A DNA stretch of 32,000 nt from the NCBI RefSeq assembly GCF_004341385.1, contig NZ_SLXE01000003.1, positions 68,149 through 100,148 of the forward strand, in the 5' to 3' direction. The notes under the pieces were generated by a model, which made no database searches, was not told the DNA's origin, and saw nothing but the letters and a program-made list of their open reading frames with translations. Shown here piece after piece: positions 23,803-32,000 of this stretch (within the stretch, counting starts at the first letter, position 1; each line of letters starts with the position of its first letter). The DNA comes from Uruburuella suis. Its GTDB lineage: Bacteria; Pseudomonadota; Gammaproteobacteria; Burkholderiales; Neisseriaceae. Position numbers and translations under genes: made by a program.

Positions 23803-23823
23803 TGTGGATAATTTTGTGGATAA
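23803..23823. promoter_or_regulatory. two perfect DnaA boxes (TGTGGATAA) spaced 3 nt apart
   Basis: TGTGGATAA at 23803-23811 and 23815-23823. An AT-rich tract lies at 23871-23955. Confidence 0.6.
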
Positions 23824-23836
23824 TTATCAAACAACC

Positions 23837-23872
23837 AAAGGCCGTCTGAAAAATACTTTCAGACGGCCTTTT
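23837..23872. terminator. inverted AG-DUS pair hairpin
   Basis: AAAGGCCGTCTGAAA / TTTCAGACGGCCTTTT. Confidence 0.6.
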
Positions 23873-23954
23873 GATATATACATTATTATAAATTTATTTA
23901 TTATATTTTGTTTGATTTTATTAATTAAAAAAACAATAGCTTAATTAGATAATA

Positions 23955-23984
23955 CAGGCCGTCTGAAAGCTTTCAGACGGCCTG
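23955..23984. terminator. perfect 30-nt palindromic AG-DUS pair downstream of gnd
   Basis: CAGGCCGTCTGAAAGCTTTCAGACGGCCTG. Confidence 0.7.
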
Positions 23985-24001
23985 CAATAAATCAAACCGG
24001 T

Positions 24002-25450
<1,449 letters not shown>

Positions 25451-25652
25451 CACGTGTCCTCGATTAGGTGAAGTTTAACTGTTCTACTTTACCTTATTCA
25501 GTAGGTTAGCGGCAATGTTTGATTTGCTTGGGGCTTGATTTATGAAGACAATATTTTCATTTGCCGATTTGGCGCAAGAATGTGCTGATTCCAAACAATA
25601 CATATAGATTTAAAATAATAAAATGATATTGATATTGAAGCAGCCCTTTTTC

Positions 25653-25777
25653 TGTGGATAATCGGAAAACGCAATAAAAAACAATTCAATAGGCCGTCTG
25701 AAAGGCTGGGGCATTGAGGCTTCAGCGCTGTGGAGCAATGTGGATAAATATAGCAGGCATTGAAATTTTGTGGATAA
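25653..25777. promoter_or_regulatory. three perfect DnaA boxes (TGTGGATAA), same orientation
   Basis: Boxes at 25653-25661, 25739-25747 and 25769-25777. Weaker boxes lie near 25728 and 25807. An AT-rich tract at 25586-25640 is adjacent. Confidence 0.6.
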
Positions 25778-25890
25778 TGCATTTATTGTGCACAGCAATG
25801 CAGCAAGGATAGCCACAGCAAAATCTTCAGACGGCCTGTATCAAATCTATCTGCCTGAGCAATTCAACCCAACCACAAAAAGGATTCCGC

Positions 25891-27636
25891 ATGAAAACCC
25901 CTTGGATTTTAACGGCTGCCCTGCTTTTGGCCGCCTGCCGCAGCGGCGGCATGGCCGATGTGGCGGTAAACCCCGACACCCACGCGCCCGAGCAAGGCAG
26001 CGGTTTAACCTCGCAGCAATTGGTGCATGCGAAAAAATTTATGGCCGCATCGGCCAACCCCTTGGCCACCGAAGCGGGCTATGAAGTGCTCAAGCAAGGC
26101 GGTAGCGCCATTGATGCGATGATTGCCATGCAAACCACCTTGAGCTTGGTGGAGCCGCAATCATCGGGCTTGGGCGGCGGCGCGTTTTTGGTGTATTGGG
26201 ATAATCAGGCCAAAAAGCTCACCACGTTTGACGCGCGCGAAACCGCGCCCAAAGCCGCCACACCGGCTCTGTTTCTCGATAAAGCAGGCAAGCCGCTGGA
26301 ATTTATGCAGGCGGTGGTGGGCGGCCGCTCGGTGGGCACGCCCGGTGTGCCCAAGCTGATGGAAGATGTGCACAAACGCTACGGCAAATTGCCGTGGGCA
26401 GGCTTATTTGATTACCCTGTGCGCTTGGCCGAGCAAGGTTTTGCCGTGTCGCCGCGCATGGCCGCATCGATTGCGCAAAACGAGCAATATCTGCGCCGCT
26501 ATCCGGCCACGGCTGCTTATTTTCTGCCGCAAGGCCGGCCTTTGGCAGCAGGCGCGGTGTTGAAAAACCCGGAATTCGCCCGCAGCGTGCGCCTGCTTGC
26601 CCGCTCGGGCAGCGCGCCTTTTTATCATGGCGCGCCGGCACAAAAGATGGTGAAAACCGTGGCCGCAGCGGCCGATAATCCGGGCAGGCTGGCCATGGCC
26701 GATTTTAAAGCCTACCGCGTGATTGAGCGCGCGCCCGTGTGCCAGGCTTATCGCGAATACGAAATTTGCGGCATGGGCGCGCCCAGCTCCGGCGGCTTGG
26801 CGCTGGGGCAGATTTTCGGCATTTTGCAGCACCACAATTTGAGCGGCGGCAACCCGAACGACATCAACAGCTGGCGCTGGCTGGGTGAAGCTTCGCGCGT
26901 GGCATTTGCCGATCGCGGCTATTATGTGGCCGACCCCGATTTTGTGCGCGTGCCGGCGCGACAAATGCTGTCGCCCGATTATTTGAAGCAGCGTGCGAAT
27001 GCGATTGCCGCCACTAAAGCGGCCGCTGCCGAAATCAAGCCGGGCAGTTTCAGCCAAAATATGGCTCTCGGCCGCGCGGTGGAGCTGCCTTCAACCAGCC
27101 ATTTGGTGATTGTGGATGCGGCGGGCAATGTGGTGTCGATGACCACATCGATTGAAAACGCTTTCGGCTCCACGCTGATGGCCAACGGCTATCTGCTCAA
27201 CAACGAGCTTACCGATTTTTCGTTTGAGCCCGAGCAAAACGGACAAGCCGTGGCCAACCGCGTGGAAGGCGGCAAACGCCCGCGCTCATCAATGGCGCCG
27301 ACCATTGTGTTGAAAAACGGCGCGCCTTATCTGGCCGTGGGCTCGCCCGGCGGCAGCCGCATCATCGGCTATGTGGCCAAAACGCTGGTGGCGCATTTAG
27401 ATTGGGGCATGGATATCCAGCAGGCGATTGACCTGCCCAATATGCTCAACCGCGGCAGCGCTTACGAATTGGAAGAAAACACGCCGGCTGCAGCCAAAGC
27501 CGGTGCGCTGGAGCGCATGGGCTATCCGGTGCAGGTGCGCGATTTGAATTCGGGCGTGCAAGGCATTGTGATTCAGCCGCAGGGTTTGCAGGGCGGTGCG
27601 GATCCGCGGCGTGAAGGCAAAGTGATGGGCGATTGA
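25891..27636 (+). CDS. ggt: gamma-glutamyltranspeptidase (lipoprotein)
   Basis: Lipobox LLLAAC, catalytic region TSHLVIVD, and GSPGGSRIIG. Confidence 0.93.
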   Translation: MKTPWILTAALLLAACRSGGMADVAVNPDTHAPEQGSGLTSQQLVHAKKFMAASANPLATEAGYEVLKQGGSAIDAMIAMQTTLSLVEPQSSGLGGGAFLVYWDNQAKKLTTFDARETAPKAATPALFLDKAGKPLEFMQAVVGGRSVGTPGVPKLMEDVHKRYGKLPWAGLFDYPVRLAEQGFAVSPRMAASIAQNEQYLRRYPATAAYFLPQGRPLAAGAVLKNPEFARSVRLLARSGSAPFYHGAPAQKMVKTVAAAADNPGRLAMADFKAYRVIERAPVCQAYREYEICGMGAPSSGGLALGQIFGILQHHNLSGGNPNDINSWRWLGEASRVAFADRGYYVADPDFVRVPARQMLSPDYLKQRANAIAATKAAAAEIKPGSFSQNMALGRAVELPSTSHLVIVDAAGNVVSMTTSIENAFGSTLMANGYLLNNELTDFSFEPEQNGQAVANRVEGGKRPRSSMAPTIVLKNGAPYLAVGSPGGSRIIGYVAKTLVAHLDWGMDIQQAIDLPNMLNRGSAYELEENTPAAAKAGALERMGYPVQVRDLNSGVQGIVIQPQGLQGGADPRREGKVMGD

Positions 27637-27655
27637 GTTTGATGGTTTGTAAACG

Positions 27656-27690
27656 AAATGCCGTCTGAAAAGTTTTCAGACGGCATTTTT
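27656..27690. terminator. inverted DUS pair hairpin of the AT-DUS dialect
   Basis: AAATGCCGTCTGAAAA / TTTTCAGACGGCATTT, between the convergent ggt and lpxC. Confidence 0.75.
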
Positions 27691-27709
27691 CATCTTGCTT
27701 CAATCACAT

Positions 27710-28627
27710 TCAAGCCACATCGGGCAAGCCGTGAAAAGCGGCGGGCAAATCTTCTTCGTGCTCGAATTGCACCCATTCGTAAGCGCTCTCGTCTGCCAAC
27801 ACCGCGCGCAGCAAGGCGTTGTTGATGGCGTGGCCGGATTTATAGCCTTCGAATGCGCCGATAATCGGGTGACCGACGATATAAAGATCGCCGATGGCAT
27901 CGAGAATTTTATGGCGCACAAATTCATCGGGATAGCGCAAACCTTCGGGGTTGAGCACATCGGTGTCGTCAATCACAATGGCATTATTGAGGTTGCCGCC
28001 GAGGCCCAGATTGTGCGCTCTCATCAGCTCCACTTCCTGCATAAAGCCGAAAGTGCGGGCGCGGGCGATTTCTTCCACATACGATTTGCCGGCAAAATCG
28101 ATTTCAAAAGTGGGATTGCTGCGGTTGAACACCGGATGGTCGAATTCGATGGTGAGGGTGACTTTAAAGCCGTTATAAGGCGTAAAACGCACCCATTTGC
28201 CGGCTTCTTTCACTTCAACCGTTTTCAAAATTTTCAAAAAACGCTTTTGCGCCTGCTGATCGACAATGCCGGCATCTTGCAGCAGATAGATAAACGGCAG
28301 GCTCGAGCCGTCCATAATCGGGATTTCGGGCGCATTCAATTCAATCAGCGCATTATCCACGCCATAAGCGGCCAATGCCGACATAATATGCTCGATGGTG
28401 CCCACGCGCACGCCGGCTTCGGTTACGACGGTGGATGAGAGGCGGGTGTCGTTGATTAAATAAGGCGTGAGCGCAATCACAGCACCTTTCTCACCGCTCA
28501 AATCGGTGCGCCGAAACGAAATGCCGCTGTTTTCCGCGGCCGGATGCAGCGTGAGCGCCACCCGTTCGCCCGAATGCAGGCCCACGCCGGCAACATGCAC
28601 AGATTTGGCCAATGTTCGTTGCAGCAT
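27710..28627 (-). CDS. lpxC: UDP-3-O-acyl-N-acetylglucosamine deacetylase
   Basis: MLQRTLAKSVHVAGVGLHSGERV, TIEHIMSAL, and HKILDAIGDLY. Confidence 0.97.
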   Translation of the reverse strand: MLQRTLAKSVHVAGVGLHSGERVALTLHPAAENSGISFRRTDLSGEKGAVIALTPYLINDTRLSSTVVTEAGVRVGTIEHIMSALAAYGVDNALIELNAPEIPIMDGSSLPFIYLLQDAGIVDQQAQKRFLKILKTVEVKEAGKWVRFTPYNGFKVTLTIEFDHPVFNRSNPTFEIDFAGKSYVEEIARARTFGFMQEVELMRAHNLGLGGNLNNAIVIDDTDVLNPEGLRYPDEFVRHKILDAIGDLYIVGHPIIGAFEGYKSGHAINNALLRAVLADESAYEWVQFEHEEDLPAAFHGLPDVA

Positions 28628-28763
28628 ATTGTTTCCTCTGAATATTTTTGTTGATGTTGGTGCGTATCATACGATAAAACCGCGCCAACAGCCTATTATT
28701 TTTAATAGTATTTACCAATTAATCTGATAAGCTCGAAGGCCGTCTGAAAGCGTGTGCGGCAAA

Positions 28764-28907
28764 AGTGGATAAGCCCGATTTATTCACATACCGTGGGAAA
28801 AATGGGATTTTTATCCCCAAAAGCGCGTAAACCGCACACAGGCTTATCCGGAAACTTTCATCTTAATTAGCCATTTGTTTTTAATTGTAAAATATGGTTT
28901 ATCCACA
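28764..28907. promoter_or_regulatory. DnaA-box cluster in the lpxC-gapA intergenic region
   Basis: Perfect TTATCCACA at 28899-28907 and TTATTCACA at 28780-28788. One-mismatch boxes lie at 28764-28772 (AGTGGATAA) and 28811-28819 (TTATCCCCA). Confidence 0.5.
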
Positions 28908-29134
28908 AGACAGCCCCTGCTTCATCTAATATCATCTTTATATATATTTACTTATTTAATTAAAGTCGGGCAAACTTTTCAGACGGCATTGCAAGCTCAA
29001 CAGGCAGGCATAGCTTGTGTTAAATCAGATTTATGTTGTTTGCAGTAAGTAGTGTTAGGTAGTAATTTTATTTCATGGTAAAAAGCAGCCATCTGAAATT
29101 TATCGTTATTTCTGAATATTTCTAGGAGCAAAAT

Positions 29135-30136
29135 ATGAGCATTAAAGTTGCGATTAATGGTTTCGGCCGCATCGGCCGCTTGGCATTGCGCCAAATCATC
29201 AAAACCGAAGGCCTTGAAGTGGTGGCGGTAAACGACCTCACTCCGGCCGACATGCTGTTGCACCTGTTTAAATACGACACCACCCAAGGCCGCTTTCAAG
29301 GCACTGCCGAGTTGAAAGACAACGCCATTGTGGTGGACGGCAAAGAAATCAAAGTGTTTGCCGATGCCGATCCGGAAGCCTTGCCCTGGGGCGAATTGGG
29401 TGTGGACGTGGTGCTCGAATGCACCGGCTTTTTCACCACCAAAGAAAAAGCGGAAAAACACATCAAAGCCGGCGCCCGCAAAGTGGTGATTTCCGCCCCC
29501 GGCGGCGACATGAAAACCGTGGTGTTTGGTGTGAACGAAGATATTCTCGACGGCAGCGAAACCGTGATTTCTGCCGCTTCCTGCACCACCAACTGCCTGG
29601 CGCCGATGGCCGCCGTGCTGCAAAAACAATACGGCGTGGTGGAAGGCCTGATGACCACCATTCATGCCTACACCGGCGACCAAAACACGCTTGACGCACC
29701 GCACCGCAAAGGCGATTTCCGCCGTGCCCGTGCCGCCGCGCAAAATATTGTGCCCAATAGCACCGGCGCGGCCAAAGCCATCGGCTTGGTGATTCCCGCG
29801 TTGAACGGCAAGCTCGACGGCTCTGCCCAGCGCGTGCCCGTGGCCACCGGCTCGCTGACCGAGCTGGTGACCGTGTTGGAAAAAAACGTGACCAAAGAAG
29901 AAATCAACGCAGCCATGAAAGCCGCGGCCAATGAATCTTACGGCTACACCGAAGAGCAATTGGTGTCTTCAGACGTGATCGGCATGGAATTCGGCTCATT
30001 GTTTGACGCCACCCAAACCCGCGTGATGACCGTGGGCGACAAGCAATTGGTGAAAACCGTGGCTTGGTATGATAATGAAATGTCATACACCTGCCAATTG
30101 GTGCGCACCCTGCATTATTTTGCAAAATTAATCTGA
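29135..30136 (+). CDS. gapA: type I glyceraldehyde-3-phosphate dehydrogenase
   Basis: INGFGRIGR, the active site SCTTNCLAP, and WYDNE. Confidence 0.97.
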   Translation: MSIKVAINGFGRIGRLALRQIIKTEGLEVVAVNDLTPADMLLHLFKYDTTQGRFQGTAELKDNAIVVDGKEIKVFADADPEALPWGELGVDVVLECTGFFTTKEKAEKHIKAGARKVVISAPGGDMKTVVFGVNEDILDGSETVISAASCTTNCLAPMAAVLQKQYGVVEGLMTTIHAYTGDQNTLDAPHRKGDFRRARAAAQNIVPNSTGAAKAIGLVIPALNGKLDGSAQRVPVATGSLTELVTVLEKNVTKEEINAAMKAAANESYGYTEEQLVSSDVIGMEFGSLFDATQTRVMTVGDKQLVKTVAWYDNEMSYTCQLVRTLHYFAKLI

Positions 30137-30194
30137 TTAATCAAAGATTTACGCTTTATATAACACGCTTCATAAATAAATAATATTAATCAGC

Positions 30195-30227
30195 AAAGGC
30201 CGTCTGAAAACTTTCAGACGGCCTTTT
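30195..30227. terminator. inverted AG-DUS pair hairpin after gapA
   Basis: AAAGGCCGTCTGAAA / TTTCAGACGGCCTTTT. Confidence 0.75.
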
Positions 30228-30230
30228 ATT

Positions 30231-30319
30231 TATAGTGAAATCAAAGAAAAATGGATACAGAAATAAGAAATTTCAAATTGCGTGTAGAGTGTGTGGCTCA
30301 ACCATGCACACGGTTTAAA
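30231..30319. mobile_element. half copy of the TATAGTGGA-type MITE
   Basis: TATAGTGAAATCAAAGAAAAA...AATAAGAAATTT...GTGTAGAGTGTGTGGCTCAACCATGCACACGGTTTAAA aligns with the reverse complement of 10430-10520. Confidence 0.65.
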
Positions 30320-30403
30320 TGATAAGGTTTAAACGATAAATTGAAAGTCTTTTGCAAAGGCATCGAGCCAAAAAAAGATCTGCGCCAAGCCGTTTGGCGT
30401 TTT

Positions 30404-31081
30404 TCAGACGGCCTGAGGCTCAACCGCGATTATCGTGGCGGCTTTTTCCTCAATTTGAAATTTGATTTCATAACCGGCCACGCTCATCACATACACGCGC
30501 TCAGGAATATTTTGATAAGCCGGCCGCGGATCTTGCGCGATGCTTTGCGCAATCAGCTCGCGCGTGTTTGCGGATAAGCCGGTATCGGTGCCGGGCAGCC
30601 AGGCCACTTGCAACAAATCGGGCGCGCTGAGGGCAAAGCCGGCCGCGGCTTCTGGCCGGGCTTCCACAAACGGGATGTAGGGTTTGATGTCCACCACCGG
30701 CGTGCCGTCGAGCAAATCGGCGCCGCTGCAATAAAGTTTGACGGTTTTACCGCATTCGATGCGCTCGAGTTTGAGCAGCGACAAGCCCAAATGATTGGGG
30801 CGGTGCGGGCTGCGGGTGGCAAACACGCCCATTTTCTGCTTGCCGCCTAAACGCGGCGGGCGCACCAGCGGCGACCAGCCTTCATCGAGCACGCCGTGAA
30901 AAATAAAATGTATCCACACATAATCAAAGCTTTCAAGGCCGCGCACGCTGTCGGCGTTGAATTCTGCGGCCAATTCGATGCATACTTCGGCAGCCGGCAC
31001 CAACCCGGGCTGCCGCGCCACGCCGAATTTTTGTTGGTAGGGTGAATGAACCGTGGCAATACTGGTGAGGGTGTGCTGCAT
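30404..31081 (-). CDS. trmO: tRNA (t6A37) methyltransferase TrmO (YaeB/TsaA family)
   Basis: 225 aa with VHSPYQQKFGVARQPG, FATRSPHRPN and DGTPVVDIKPY. Confidence 0.8.
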   Translation of the reverse strand: MQHTLTSIATVHSPYQQKFGVARQPGLVPAAEVCIELAAEFNADSVRGLESFDYVWIHFIFHGVLDEGWSPLVRPPRLGGKQKMGVFATRSPHRPNHLGLSLLKLERIECGKTVKLYCSGADLLDGTPVVDIKPYIPFVEARPEAAAGFALSAPDLLQVAWLPGTDTGLSANTRELIAQSIAQDPRPAYQNIPERVYVMSVAGYEIKFQIEEKAATIIAVEPQAV

Positions 31082-31217
31082 AGAGAGGCCGTCTGAAAAA
31101 TAAGCGTGAAGCGGCTTATTTTAACAAATGAATCGGGCGGTGTAAGCCGATTGGCAAGCGTATCAGCAAATTTTATGGCTTGCACACAAACTATATTTAT
31201 TACGTTAACGAAGAGAG

Positions 31218-31249
31218 AGGCCGTCTGAAAGAAAAGCTTCAGACGGCCT
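31218..31249. repeat. inverted AG-DUS pair hairpin
   Basis: AGGCCGTCTGAA ... TTCAGACGGCCT. Confidence 0.6.
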
Positions 31250-31362
31250 GATAAAGCAGCATAAAACATCGTTTTATTTTGCGTTGAATGCAAGGCAGCA
31301 ACGCTAGAATAACAAGGCTTTTTCGCTATATAATAGCGGATTCGTATGCTTGGAGAAGCGGC

Positions 31363-31998
31363 ATGATTGTGTCGATAGATGTGGATGCGCAGAAAACTTT
31401 TTCGCCTTTATGCCCGCAAGAATTGCCGGTAGCCGAGGGTGATACGATTGTTGCCGAGCTTAATGCGCAAGCGGCGCTGGCCGATTTGCGCGTGATGAGC
31501 AAAGATGCGCATAGCCCGTCGGCCAAATGGATTGTGGATAAAGCTGTGGATATGTTGCAGCCCACCGGCATGCCCAATGCCGATCTCACTTGGGTGCCAC
31601 ATGCGATTGTCGGCACACCGGGTTTTGAGCTGCTCGATGGGCTGCCCGCGGCAACGGGCTACGATTATTGCGTGTGGAAAGGGGTGGACCCGGAATTTCA
31701 CCCTTATGGTGCCTGCTTTCACGATATTGATGAAAAGCTTTCCACCGGCCTTTTGGAATGGCTGCACAGCAAGCAGGCGCAAACCGTGATTGTGGGCGGC
31801 TTGGCCACGGATTATTGTGTGAAAACCACGGTGTTGCAATTGCTTAAAGGCGGCGCTTGGCAAGTGATTGTAAACGCGGCGGCTTGCCGCGGCATTGCGC
31901 CGGACACCACCGAAGCGGCATGGAACGAAATGATGGCACACGGCGCGATTGTGCTTGAAAATGCAGCAAAAATTTCTGAATATATTAAAAATCAATAA
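31363..31998 (+). CDS. pncA: nicotinamidase / isochorismatase-family hydrolase
   Basis: ATG at 31363 follows GGAGAA (MIVSIDVDAQKTFSP), within track ORF 31288..31998. The catalytic Cys context is GLATDYCVKTT. Confidence 0.8.
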   Translation: MIVSIDVDAQKTFSPLCPQELPVAEGDTIVAELNAQAALADLRVMSKDAHSPSAKWIVDKAVDMLQPTGMPNADLTWVPHAIVGTPGFELLDGLPAATGYDYCVWKGVDPEFHPYGACFHDIDEKLSTGLLEWLHSKQAQTVIVGGLATDYCVKTTVLQLLKGGAWQVIVNAAACRGIAPDTTEAAWNEMMAHGAIVLENAAKISEYIKNQ

Positions 31999-32000
31999 GT

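Overview
The window is a Neisseria-type chromosome segment. It carries about 40 copies of the 10-mer DNA uptake sequence GCCGTCTGAA. Nearly all are in the AG-DUS 12-mer dialect, and most occur as inverted pairs that double as terminators. GC content is high and many antisense shadow ORFs result. Core genes I can support are a partial Spy/CpxP-like gene, purD, lysS, a PIN-PhoH gene, a DUF3079-like gene, efeU-efeO-efeB, a ChaA-like antiporter, a lipoprotein, yjdM/phnA-like, an FKBP isomerase, a DUF2061 gene, a 2-hydroxyacid dehydrogenase, gnd, ggt, lpxC, gapA, trmO and pncA. The accessory content sits between purD and lysS. It is an 8,423-bp Nf/MDA-type filamentous (inovirus) prophage at 1922-10344. 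Its genes include a Rep_trans initiator, a gene-V-position ORF, a major coat protein and a coat paralogue. It also has a TspB/pIII-like adsorption protein, pVI-like and Zot/pI-like proteins and a PivNM/Irg (IS110/DEDD) recombinase at the right end. I could place both junctions to the base. A CT duplication lies inside an AG-DUS at the foot of the purD terminator, and the joined ends give ATCTTATAT plus a -35/-10 promoter. The most interesting hypothesis concerns the 230-nt leader of the recombinase. It contains short segments matching both arms of the host target and both phage ends, arranged around two hairpins like an IS110-type bridge RNA. This would make integration of this filamentous phage RNA-guided, but it is inference only. 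Other points: a 187-nt hairpin in the phage intergenic region, a G9 tract acting as a Shine-Dalgarno, a G7/C6 hairpin inside rep, and DUS-like 18-nt repeats in the adsorption protein. There are also at least four small-repeat/MITE families (two look like a split of the Correia element) and three clusters of perfect DnaA boxes around gnd and lpxC. No rRNA, tRNA or CRISPR was seen. All coordinates were counted by hand and all homology statements come from motif recognition and memory, not from searches.
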